This document shows positions 1 through 9,447 of a stretch of DNA of 64,000 bases, in pieces. Source of the DNA: Bacteroidota bacterium (lineage in GTDB: Bacteria > Bacteroidota > Bacteroidia > J057 > JADKCL01). Below the pieces are notes generated by a model that did no database searches, was not told the DNA's origin, and worked only from the letters and a program-made list of their open reading frames with translations. Where the stretch lies: assembly GCA_031415375.1 (NCBI GenBank), contig JANORP010000378.1:48936-112935 (forward strand), read 5' to 3'. The translations under genes were made by a program, and so were the position numbers. Position 1 is the first letter of the stretch; each line of letters begins with the position of its first letter.

Positions 1-3000
1 CTTGCAGCTGGCAATGGAACAGGGAGCACCGCATCTGTAGCTGGTATCATCGTGAGCAATAGCAGCAGCAACCATACGATCACAGGCAATACGATCGCTG
101 TGATCGGCAACCTGAACCCTGCCAGTACCGGTCAGGTATGCGGGATTGTATTCAGCGGCAGCACGTCTGGCACCAACTTGATCAACCGCAACACGATCCA
201 CTCGCTCATCGTCCAAGGCGCTGGTGCGACCCTCAACGGCATCTCGGTCATCGGCGGCACCAATACCTTTGCCAACAACATGATCCGCTTGGGCATCGAC
301 CCCACGGGTGCCGCCTTCACCTTTGGCTGTGCCATCAATGGAGTGAGCGAAACCACAGGTACCGACAACTTCTATCACAACAGTATTTATATCGGCGGTG
401 CAGGTGTCGCTGGCGCGACCAACACCTTTGCCTTCAACAGCACGGTGACCACCAACGTGCGCAATTTTCAAGACAACATCTTTTACAATGCCCGTAGCAA
501 TGGTGCTGGCACAGGAAAGCACTACGCAATGCGTGTAGGTGGCTCGGCTGCCAACCCAGCTGGCCTCACCAGCAACTACAACCTCCTCTTCGCCAATGGC
601 ACCGGTGGATTCGTCGGCCTTTTCAACGCCCTCGATCAGGCTACAATTGCAGCTTGGCGCTTGGCGACAGGCCAAGACAACAATAGCTTGAACCTCGATC
701 CCAACTTTGTATTGCCCACAGGCAATGCACTCACGGGCGATTTGCATATTGCAAGCCCGACCCCGATCGAGAGCAATGGCACCAACATCGTCGCGGTGAC
801 CGACGACATTGATGGCCAGACCCGCTCGGGCCTGAGTCCTGTCGATATCGGTGCCGATGCAGGCAACTTCACAGCCTCGATCGATCTTACTGCGCCATCG
901 ATTCTTTACACAGTTTTGCCGGGAACCTGCTTGACGGGTGACCGCACGCTCATCGCGACCATCACAGATGCCTCAGGCGTGCCGACGACGGGTCTCTTGC
1001 AACCCCGCATCTATTTCCGCAAGAATGCAAGCCCCTATGTGTCGAGCCAAGGTGTACTGACCACCGGCACTGGCACCAACGGTACCTGGACTTTTACCAT
1101 CTCTGCCGCAGCCTTGGGTGGCGTGGCAGCTGGCGATCTGGTATCCTACTACGTGATCGCACAAGACATCGCTGGCCCCTTCATCGCCGCATCACCGGGC
1201 GCAGGATTGGTCGCGACCGATGTCAATACCGTGACGACCCCGCCGACCAGCCCCAATAGCTACTCGGTCAATTTCAATCTCAATGGCACCTATACCGTCG
1301 GCGCTACTGGCAACTTTGCTACCCTCACCGCAGCGGTCAGTGCCTATAACAGCGGCTGTCTCGCAGGTCCTGTTTTGTTTAACCTCATCGATGCCAATTA
1401 TCCAAGCGAGACCTTTCCTATCGTCATCGGTTCCAATCCTGCTGCGTCGGCTGTCAATACCCTCACGATCAAGCCGACGGTGACGACGACGATCACAGGT
1501 AGCAATGCCAATAGCATCATCACAATGAGCGGGGCCGACTATGTCACAATCGACGGTAGCATCGGCAACACCCCCAACACCGTATGCCCACTCAGTGCCA
1601 CCACCCGTAATCTCACGATCACCAATACGCTCAGCAGCAGCAGTCCAGCAGTCGTATGGCTAGCCACAACGGCTGGCGGCAATGCCGTCACCAATTGCAC
1701 GGTCCAGAATTGCGTGATTGTAGGCCAAGGCTCCACGACAACCCAGATAGGCCTGGGCGCGGGTGGACCCACCATTTCAAATACCAGCACAGGTACTGGC
1801 AACAACAATCTTGCGTTTGTAAACAATGATATCCGTGCCTGCCAATTTGGTATCTATTCATCTGGTGCCAATGCCACCACCAAGAACCAAAGTTTGGTAG
1901 TCAACCAAAACCTGATGACGGCCACTGCCCCCAACAATGTGGGCATTTCAGGCATCTTTATCACGTTTAGCAACGACATCACCGTCTCCGGGAATACCGT
2001 GTCGAATCTCTTGAACTCATCTTCAAGCGATCTCTCCGCAATCAACCTTGGCTTTGCATCTACCGGCGGATTGCTTGTTTCTACCACCGGTACAGCCGAT
2101 GGCGTGAGCAACGCGACGATCACCAGCAATACGATCGGAACCGTGCAGCAAAGTGGCACCTTCTCGGCGGCAGGTATCGCTTTGGGCAATACCATTTCGG
2201 GAACATCGCTCATCGCCAACAATATGATCTACGGCGTGTCTGCCAATTCAACGCCGAGTGACTTTGTCGCTGGCATTGCATTGGGTGGTGGCACAGGGGC
2301 CATCAATGTATTTCACAACTCGGTCTGGATGCAAGGCACGATCACTGGCGCGTCGGCTGCGACATCGGTCTCGGCCTGCTTGGCGGTCACTGCTAGCTCG
2401 GCACCCACGGGATTGAACATTCGCAACAACGTATTCCATAATACACAGGTCGGCAATACCAGCTCCACCATGCGTTTTGTGGCCATCGGCTACCAGTTTG
2501 CTGCTCCTTTCACGACCGTGAACTCCAACTACAACGATTTCTTTAGTGCTGGCACTGGCCCAGGCACTTATTTTATCGGCACGACAGGTGGCCTGAGTGG
2601 AGGCACCACCGCCGCGACCCTCGCCGCCTGGCAGACCGCCACCAGTGGCGATGCCAACTCGGTGAACGTGGCCCCCGTGTTTGTATCTGCGACAGACCTT
2701 CATGCCATCCCTGTCTCCAACGTGGGCATCTCCAACATGGGCACCAATGTGGCAGCGGTCACGACCGACGTGGATTGTGCGACGAGGAATGCCAGCACCC
2801 CCGATATTGGCGCCGACGAATTTGACATTCCCGCTTGTGCTGGAACCCCGACACCAGGCACAGCAGCCGTGTCGGTCGCATCGATATGCCAAGGACTCTC
2901 GACGACACTCAATCTCACAGGCTTCACAACAGGCGTCGGCGGCATCTCCTTCCAGTGGCAGATTGCTACTGTCCCAGGCGGCCCCTACACCAACATTGGT

Positions 3001-6000
3001 GGCGCCACAACTTCCACCTTCGTCTATACAGGTGCGCCCGTCGGCACCAATTATATCGTCTGCAACGTGACTTGCGCCAATGGTGGTGCCTCTGCTTTGA
3101 GCAACGAGGTGCTCTTGACCGTCACTCCCACCCCGGTCACATCTGTGACTCCGACCACAGGTCTTATTTGCAACCCAGGTGGCACACCTGTCTTGCTCAC
3201 AGCATCGTCCACGGGCGGCACGGGCTTGGTGAATTTCACCTGGAATCCAACGGTGGGCCTTGCACCTACAAGCGGTAGCCCTGTCACTGCCAATCCAGCA
3301 GCGAATACTGTCTATACCGTCACAGGAACGGATGCCGCAGGCTGTTTTTCTACCGCAACGGCCACCATCAGCCTAGCTGCCAAGGTCACTATCGACAATA
3401 TCTCTGCCACCCCGAGCACGATCTGTGCAGGCAATACATCGGCACTCAGCGTGGCTGCAAGCATCGCCTTCTCTTCCAATTACGCCGTGAGCACGGTGCC
3501 ATTTGCACCGATTGCATCAGGCACGGGCACCACGACGCTTTGCAGCGCAGGCACAGCCAATACAGCGCTTACTTCTGGCTCATTGGACGATGGCAACTGG
3601 AACGGTCTCGCCCTTCCTTTTAGCTTCACATACTTCGGCACCGCCTATAACAGTATCAGTGTAGGTACCAATGGTTACGTGAGTTTTACGTCCATCGGCA
3701 CCACAACTGGATATAACAATACACCGCAAATCCCCAATGCCACTGCCCCCAACAATATGATCGCAGGTTGCTTTGGTGACCTATACTGGACAACGGGTGG
3801 CACCATCAGCACCTATACCAGTGGCACTGCGCCCAACCGTATCTATGTCATCAATTTCGACGGCGGCATCCTCGGTGGATTTTACAACTTGGGTTCGGCA
3901 CCGACTGCTTTCACCACATTCCAGATCCAATTGTTTGAAAGCAACAATACGATCCAGGTCCAAACTACATTGGTGAACTCCGATGCAACCCGCCTCCACA
4001 CTATGGGAATTGAAAACGTAGGAGGCACTGCAGGTTTCACAGCCTCAGGTAGGGACAACGCGCTCTGGTCATTGACCAACAATGGTACACAATTTACGCC
4101 CTTGGGCACATTTACCTATGCTTGGACACCTGCCCTCGGTCTCACCCCTTCAGCCGCTTTCGCAAATCCTACCACACCCGCCTTGGCTACCACCACGCCC
4201 TACAACGTGACTGTGACCGATGCACAAGGCTGTGCCGCAACAGGTTCTGTCACCGTGACCGTCAATCCAGTATTGGTGCCAGCAGTGAGCATCACTGCCG
4301 CTCCAGGTAGCACCATCTGCACGGGCGACAATGTGACCTTTACTGCCGCCTCGACCAACGCTGGCGCAACGCCTATCTATGTGTGGAAGAAAAATGGATC
4401 AGCCGTAGGTACCAATAGCACCACCTACAGCGACAATGCCTTGGCCAATGGTGACTTGATCACTTGCGATCTCACCTCCAATGCCCTCTGCGCCGCACCA
4501 ACCTCGGTGACCAGCAATACGATTACGATGATCGTGAATCCGATCGTAACCCCTACTGTGAGCATCGCTGTCGCACCTAGCGCCACGATCTGCGCAGGCG
4601 ACAACGTAACCTTCACGGCGACCCCAGTGAATGGTGGCGCAACGCCAGTCTATCAATGGAAGAAAAACGGCTCCGCTGTCGGCCTCAACACCGTCACCTA
4701 TACCGACAATGCCTTGACCAATGGTGACGCGATCACATGCGAGGTGACCTCCAATGCGCCTTGCCCTTCAATCGCCACGGTGACCAGCAATTCAATCGTG
4801 ATGGTCGTGAATCCCGTCTTGACACCGAGCGTGAGCATCGTTGCCGCTCCTGGCACCACGATCTGCGATGGTGATAACGTGACATTTACGGCCACGCCTG
4901 TGAATGGTGGCACGATTCCCGCCTATCAATGGAAGCTGAACGGCACCGATATCGGCACCAACAGCAACACCTATACCGACAACACGCTAGCCAACGGCGA
5001 TGTGATCACTTGTGTGCTCACCTCCAATGCAGTCTGTGCTGCACCTATCATGGTGACGAGCAATGCGCTCACGATGACCGTGAATCCGATCTTGACACCA
5101 TCAGTGTCCATCGCCGCGGCTCCCAGCACGGTGATCTGCGCAGGTACCAGCGTGACCTTCTCGGCAACCGTCGTCAATGGTGGCACAACACCCACTTACC
5201 AATGGAAGCTCAACGGCTCCAACGATGGCACCAACAGTGCCACGTATGCCAATGCTGCACTTTCAAATGGCGACGTGATCACTTGCGAAGTCACATCCAA
5301 TGCTACATGTGCGGTCCCCACAATGGCGACTAGCAACGCGCTCACGATGACCGTGAACCCTGTCTTGGCTCCGACCTTGTCGATCTCTGCCAATCCAGGG
5401 ACATCGATCTGTGCAGGAACCAACATTACTTTCACGGCCGTAGCCGTCAATGGTGGCAGCACACCGACCTATCAATGGCGCCTGAATGGTGGTGCAGTAG
5501 GCACCAATAGCGACACCTATAGCAATGCGTTGCTTGGCAGTGGTGACTTGATCACCTGTGAGATCACCAGCAGTGACCCTTGCTCCTCGCCCACGTTTGT
5601 CGTGAGCAACACCCTTACCATTTCTGCGGTGACGAATACTGTACCTACGGTTACGATCTCTGCTAGCCCTGGCCAAACGATTTGCCCCGGCACATCGGCC
5701 ACCTTCACAGCTGTCCCCAACAATGCGGGCATTACTCCAAGCTACCAATGGAAGCTCAACAGTAGCAACGTCGGCACCAACAGCGCAACCTATACCAACG
5801 GCGGCTTGACCACAGGCGACGTCGTCACCTGCGTGGTCACCTCCAGCGATCCTTGCGCATTGCCCATCACCGCCACCAGCAATGCAATCACGATGACAGT
5901 GGCCGACCTCACCAATCCGATCGCTGTCTGCCAGCCAGTAACGATCGCCTTGAACGGCTCGGGCAATGCCAGCACCACCGCATCAACTGTGAACAATGGA

Positions 6001-9000
6001 TCAAGTGACAACTGCACCGCAACAGGTGCTTTGGGCTTGGCCTTGTCCACGACCACATTTACCTGCGCACAGTTGGGTGCCAATACAGTCACGCTCACTG
6101 TGACCGATGCCGCTGCACGCACGGGCACCTGCTCTGCAACCGTGACGGTGACCGATGCCATCCTCCCGATCATCGCTTGCCCATCCAATGCCACGTCCAA
6201 CAATACCACCGGCCAATGCGCCGCAGTGGTGACCTACACCGCAGCATCTGCGATCGACAATTGTACACCCGTCGTGACCCAAACCGCAGGCTTGGCAAGC
6301 GGTGCGAGCTTCCCTGTGGGCGTCACCACCAATACCTTCAGGGCTACCGATGCAGCAGGCAACACGGCCACCTGCTCGTTTACAGTGACCGTGACCGACA
6401 TCCAAGTGCCTGCGATCACCTGCCCTGCCAATACCAGCGTGAGCAATGGCGTAGGTTTGTGTGCTGCCACGGTGAGCTACACCTCACCTATCGGCACAGA
6501 CAACTGCCCTAGCCCTGCCACGACGCAGACCGCAGGCTTGGCCAGCGGTGCTACCTTCCCGATCGGTGCCACCACCAATACCTTTAGGGTTACCGATGCA
6601 GCTGGCAACACGGCCACTTGTGCGTTCACCGTCACGGTGACCGACAACCAAGTGCCCACGATCACATGCCCAACCAACATCAGCGTGAACAATGGCGCTG
6701 GCCTTTGTGCTGCCATCGTGACCTACACCTCACCTGTCGGCATAGACAACTGCCCTAGCCCTGTCACGACGCTCACCGCAGGTTTGGCCAGCGGTGCCAG
6801 CTTCCCTGTCGGTGTCACCACCAATACGTTTAGGGCCACCGATGCGGCTAGCAACACAGCTACTTGTTCCTTCACGGTCACCGTGGTGGACAATACGCTG
6901 CCCACGATCACTTGCCCAGCCAACATCACAGCCAACAACGGCGTGGGTCTCTGTGCTGCCATCGTGACATACGCTGCGCCTATCGGTGCCGACAACTGTA
7001 CGCCCACCACGACCCAAACCGCAGGTTTGGCCAGCGGTGCCAGCTACCCTGTCGGTGTCACTACCAATACCTTCCGTGTCACCGATGCAGCTAGCAACTC
7101 GGCAACTTGTTCCTTCACGGTCACCGTGGTGGACAATACATTGCCTACGATCACTTGCCCAGCCAACATCAGCGTGAACAACGCATCTGGTCTGTGTGCT
7201 GCAACCGTGACATACGCTGCCCCAGTCGGTGCCGACAACTGTACGCCCACCACGACCCAGACCGCAGGTTTGGCCAGCGGTGCCAGCTTCCCTGTCGGTG
7301 TCACCACCAATACCTTCCGCGTCACCGATGCGGCTAGCAACTCGGCGACCTGCTCATTTACCGTCACAGTCGTGGACAATCAGCTCCCAGGCATCACCTG
7401 CCCCGCCAATATCAGTGTGAGTGCGAGTGTGGGTCTGTGTGCAGCAACGGCGACTTATACCGCACCAGTCGGCACCGACAACTGTGCATTGCCGACCATT
7501 ACACAGACCGCAGGCTTGGCCAGCGGCGCAAGCTTCCCTGTCGGTGTCACCACCAACACGTTCCGTGCGACCGATGCAGCAAGCAACTCTGCAACCTGCT
7601 CGTTCACCGTGACCGTGAGTGACAACCAGCTGCCACAGATCACCTGCCCTGCAAACGTGGTCGTCGGCAACGACGTGGGCGTCTGCGGTGCCATCGTGAC
7701 CTTTGCCGCCCCAGTCGGCACCGACAACTGCTCTGCAACGACTGCACTCATCAGCGGCAACGCCAGTGGCACGCCATTCACCGTCGGCACGAGCACTGTG
7801 ACCTTCAGGGCTACTGATGCCGCCGGCAACTCTGCCACGTGTAGCTTCACAGTGACCGTCAACGACACCGAAGCCCCGACTTGGGCTGCTTGCCCAGCCA
7901 ACAGGACTGTCTCCACCTCAACCAACAGCTGCGATGCGATCGTGAGCTGGACTGTGCCTACGGCTGCAGACCAGTGTTCCGTTCCCACGACCTCGACGAC
8001 GCATACCTCTGGTAGCACATTTGTCCTTGGCACCACCACCGTCATCTACAGTGCCGTCGATGCTGCCGGCAACACCGCAACTTGCACCTTCACCGTGACC
8101 GTCAACGACAGCGTGGCCCCAACGGCCCTCTGCCAAGGCGTTACCGTGACGCTTGATGCTGCTGGAAATGGCAGCACCACGAGCAATGCTGTGAACAACG
8201 GTAGCACCGACAATTGCGCCATCGACACAGTGGTCCTGAGCCAGACAGCCTTTACATGTGCCGATGCAGGTGTGAACACAGTCACCCTCATCGTGACCGA
8301 TGCCGCTGGCAACACAAGCACTTGCACCGCAATCGTGACCGTCGTGGCACCTGCCGTCACGGGCACTGCGATTGCCGACACCACGACTTGCGGCTACAAC
8401 ATCTCTTGCAACGGCGGCACCGACGGTGTGGCTACAGCAGCAGGTGCTGGTGGATGCCCATCCTATACCTACCTCTGGAGCAACAATGCCAACACTGCGA
8501 CCGTCACAGGTCTTGCAGCCGGCACCTATACCGTGACGATCACGGATGGTGCAGGTGGTCTTGTCGTCAAGACAGTGACCCTCACGCAGCCAGCTGCCAT
8601 TACCGCGACAGCGGTGGCCACGTCGTCTTGTGCTGGTGACTCGACTGGAGCTGTTAATCTCACACCTGCGGGTGGCAATGATTGCCTTGGTTATACCTTC
8701 CTCTGGAGCAATGGCGCCACGACCGAAGATCTGAGCAACGTTCCTGCGGGCACCTATACCGTGACCGTGACCGACGCAAATGCTTGCACAGGTACACAGA
8801 CCGTGACGGTCGGTGCATTTGCTGCACTCAACCCCACGATCTCCAATGTCGGCAACCTGCTGAGCTCGGTACAAGTGTGGACGAGCTACCAATGGTTGCT
8901 CAATGGCAATACCATCCCTGGAGCCACTGCCAGCGGCTACACTGCCACAGCTACGGGCAGCTACTCCTTGCTGGTGACGGATGCCAATGGCTGTACAGCA

Positions 9001-9303
9001 GTGACCGACACCCTGAACGTGACCCTCGTGGGCATCAGCGATCCCGCGCTCGGGTTCATTGGCCTCTCGATCTATCCCAACCCTGCCCGTGGTGAATTCA
9101 AGTTGCTCACCGAGCAGCCCATCACGCAGAGCCTTACCGTGAGCATCTTTGACATGTATGGCCACCGCTTCACGCAGCAGTACATGCCATCGCTCGGCCA
9201 TGAGGTCGCCTTTGACATCAATGGCTACTCAGCTGGCAACTATCTTGTAGAGGTCGTCTCCAAGACTGGCCATCGCAAGGTGTTCAAGCTGGTCGTGCAA
9301 TAA
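1..9303 (+). CDS. Giant T9SS-secreted surface adhesin, 5'-partial (>3,100 aa): parallel beta-helix region, NIDO-like segment, 6 Ig-like repeats, 8 HYR domains, SprB repeats, T9SS C-terminal domain
   Basis: The track ORF 52..9303 starts at GTG, but the same frame stays open back to nt 1, so the gene probably continues upstream. The N-terminal ~900 aa carry beta-helix turn motifs (NNMIRLG, HNSIYIGG, QDNIFYNA). 'LPFSFTYFGTAYNSISVGTNGYVSF' is NIDO-like. Six 91-aa units follow the pattern 'VNPxLTPSVSI..C.G..VTFTA..NGG.TP.YQWK.NG'. Eight ~81-aa HYR units follow 'P.ITCP.N......G.CAA.VTY..P.G.DNC.....QTAGLASG.SFPVG.TTNTFR.TDA.GN.ATCSFTVTV.D'. SprB-type units read 'CNGGTDG..YTYLWSNNA..TVTGLAAGTYTVTITD'. 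The tail 'LSIYPNPARGEFKLL...HRKVFKLVVQ' is a T9SS CTD. Confidence 0.9.
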   Translation, partial: LAAGNGTGSTASVAGIIVSNSSSNHTITGNTIAVIGNLNPASTGQVCGIVFSGSTSGTNLINRNTIHSLIVQGAGATLNGISVIGGTNTFANNMIRLGIDPTGAAFTFGCAINGVSETTGTDNFYHNSIYIGGAGVAGATNTFAFNSTVTTNVRNFQDNIFYNARSNGAGTGKHYAMRVGGSAANPAGLTSNYNLLFANGTGGFVGLFNALDQATIAAWRLATGQDNNSLNLDPNFVLPTGNALTGDLHIASPTPIESNGTNIVAVTDDIDGQTRSGLSPVDIGADAGNFTASIDLTAPSILYTVLPGTCLTGDRTLIATITDASGVPTTGLLQPRIYFRKNASPYVSSQGVLTTGTGTNGTWTFTISAAALGGVAAGDLVSYYVIAQDIAGPFIAASPGAGLVATDVNTVTTPPTSPNSYSVNFNLNGTYTVGATGNFATLTAAVSAYNSGCLAGPVLFNLIDANYPSETFPIVIGSNPAASAVNTLTIKPTVTTTITGSNANSIITMSGADYVTIDGSIGNTPNTVCPLSATTRNLTITNTLSSSSPAVVWLATTAGGNAVTNCTVQNCVIVGQGSTTTQIGLGAGGPTISNTSTGTGNNNLAFVNNDIRACQFGIYSSGANATTKNQSLVVNQNLMTATAPNNVGISGIFITFSNDITVSGNTVSNLLNSSSSDLSAINLGFASTGGLLVSTTGTADGVSNATITSNTIGTVQQSGTFSAAGIALGNTISGTSLIANNMIYGVSANSTPSDFVAGIALGGGTGAINVFHNSVWMQGTITGASAATSVSACLAVTASSAPTGLNIRNNVFHNTQVGNTSSTMRFVAIGYQFAAPFTTVNSNYNDFFSAGTGPGTYFIGTTGGLSGGTTAATLAAWQTATSGDANSVNVAPVFVSATDLHAIPVSNVGISNMGTNVAAVTTDVDCATRNASTPDIGADEFDIPACAGTPTPGTAAVSVASICQGLSTTLNLTGFTTGVGGISFQWQIATVPGGPYTNIGGATTSTFVYTGAPVGTNYIVCNVTCANGGASALSNEVLLTVTPTPVTSVTPTTGLICNPGGTPVLLTASSTGGTGLVNFTWNPTVGLAPTSGSPVTANPAANTVYTVTGTDAAGCFSTATATISLAAKVTIDNISATPSTICAGNTSALSVAASIAFSSNYAVSTVPFAPIASGTGTTTLCSAGTANTALTSGSLDDGNWNGLALPFSFTYFGTAYNSISVGTNGYVSFTSIGTTTGYNNTPQIPNATAPNNMIAGCFGDLYWTTGGTISTYTSGTAPNRIYVINFDGGILGGFYNLGSAPTAFTTFQIQLFESNNTIQVQTTLVNSDATRLHTMGIENVGGTAGFTASGRDNALWSLTNNGTQFTPLGTFTYAWTPALGLTPSAAFANPTTPALATTTPYNVTVTDAQGCAATGSVTVTVNPVLVPAVSITAAPGSTICTGDNVTFTAASTNAGATPIYVWKKNGSAVGTNSTTYSDNALANGDLITCDLTSNALCAAPTSVTSNTITMIVNPIVTPTVSIAVAPSATICAGDNVTFTATPVNGGATPVYQWKKNGSAVGLNTVTYTDNALTNGDAITCEVTSNAPCPSIATVTSNSIVMVVNPVLTPSVSIVAAPGTTICDGDNVTFTATPVNGGTIPAYQWKLNGTDIGTNSNTYTDNTLANGDVITCVLTSNAVCAAPIMVTSNALTMTVNPILTPSVSIAAAPSTVICAGTSVTFSATVVNGGTTPTYQWKLNGSNDGTNSATYANAALSNGDVITCEVTSNATCAVPTMATSNALTMTVNPVLAPTLSISANPGTSICAGTNITFTAVAVNGGSTPTYQWRLNGGAVGTNSDTYSNALLGSGDLITCEITSSDPCSSPTFVVSNTLTISAVTNTVPTVTISASPGQTICPGTSATFTAVPNNAGITPSYQWKLNSSNVGTNSATYTNGGLTTGDVVTCVVTSSDPCALPITATSNAITMTVADLTNPIAVCQPVTIALNGSGNASTTASTVNNGSSDNCTATGALGLALSTTTFTCAQLGANTVTLTVTDAAARTGTCSATVTVTDAILPIIACPSNATSNNTTGQCAAVVTYTAASAIDNCTPVVTQTAGLASGASFPVGVTTNTFRATDAAGNTATCSFTVTVTDIQVPAITCPANTSVSNGVGLCAATVSYTSPIGTDNCPSPATTQTAGLASGATFPIGATTNTFRVTDAAGNTATCAFTVTVTDNQVPTITCPTNISVNNGAGLCAAIVTYTSPVGIDNCPSPVTTLTAGLASGASFPVGVTTNTFRATDAASNTATCSFTVTVVDNTLPTITCPANITANNGVGLCAAIVTYAAPIGADNCTPTTTQTAGLASGASYPVGVTTNTFRVTDAASNSATCSFTVTVVDNTLPTITCPANISVNNASGLCAATVTYAAPVGADNCTPTTTQTAGLASGASFPVGVTTNTFRVTDAASNSATCSFTVTVVDNQLPGITCPANISVSASVGLCAATATYTAPVGTDNCALPTITQTAGLASGASFPVGVTTNTFRATDAASNSATCSFTVTVSDNQLPQITCPANVVVGNDVGVCGAIVTFAAPVGTDNCSATTALISGNASGTPFTVGTSTVTFRATDAAGNSATCSFTVTVNDTEAPTWAACPANRTVSTSTNSCDAIVSWTVPTAADQCSVPTTSTTHTSGSTFVLGTTTVIYSAVDAAGNTATCTFTVTVNDSVAPTALCQGVTVTLDAAGNGSTTSNAVNNGSTDNCAIDTVVLSQTAFTCADAGVNTVTLIVTDAAGNTSTCTAIVTVVAPAVTGTAIADTTTCGYNISCNGGTDGVATAAGAGGCPSYTYLWSNNANTATVTGLAAGTYTVTITDGAGGLVVKTVTLTQPAAITATAVATSSCAGDSTGAVNLTPAGGNDCLGYTFLWSNGATTEDLSNVPAGTYTVTVTDANACTGTQTVTVGAFAALNPTISNVGNLLSSVQVWTSYQWLLNGNTIPGATASGYTATATGSYSLLVTDANGCTAVTDTLNVTLVGISDPALGFIGLSIYPNPARGEFKLLTEQPITQSLTVSIFDMYGHRFTQQYMPSLGHEVAFDINGYSAGNYLVEVVSKTGHRKVFKLVVQ
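4261..5898 (+). repeat. Six tandem 273-bp coding repeats (91-aa Ig-like modules) inside the adhesin gene
   Basis: Unit starts were read at 4261, 4534, 4807, 5080, 5353 and 5626. Each begins with GTSAAYCC (VNP.) and contains YQWK/YVWK. Confidence 0.85.
6157..8109 (+). repeat. Eight tandem ~243-bp coding repeats (HYR modules) inside the adhesin gene
   Basis: The protein shows an 81-aa periodicity. The track shows matching antisense ORFs at 243-bp spacing (6234..6470, 6477..6716, 6723..7010). Units at ~6890-7130 and ~7133-7375 are roughly 90% identical at the DNA level by eye. Confidence 0.85.
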
Positions 9304-9328
9304 GCGCGACCCGCTTGCTATGAAACTG

Positions 9329-9364
9329 AAGAGGCCCTGCATGCAAATGCGGGGCCTCTTTGTT
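9329..9364 (+). terminator. Rho-independent terminator after the adhesin gene
   Basis: The stem AAGAGGCCC (9329-9337) pairs with GGGCCTCTT (9352-9360) and is followed by TGTT. It lies 26 nt after the stop codon. Confidence 0.6.
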
Positions 9365-9447
9365 GGTGGATAGGGATCTGTTTTGCTTTTCAGCATTTCA
9401 TGCCAACGGTTCCTTTTGCAAGGCTTGCTTCCAGAAGGATCAGTCGG

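Noticed and set aside
6234-7379. Ladder of ~78-111-aa minus-strand ORFs at 243-bp spacing
   Set aside because: This is an artefact of the HYR tandem repeats on the plus strand. The same antisense frame stays open in each unit.
7918-9201. 427-aa minus-strand ORF inside the adhesin gene
   Set aside because: It is entirely antisense to a strongly supported 3,083-aa CDS. Its Arg/Gly/Cys/His-rich composition is typical of shadow ORFs in GC-rich coding DNA, and no motif was recognised.
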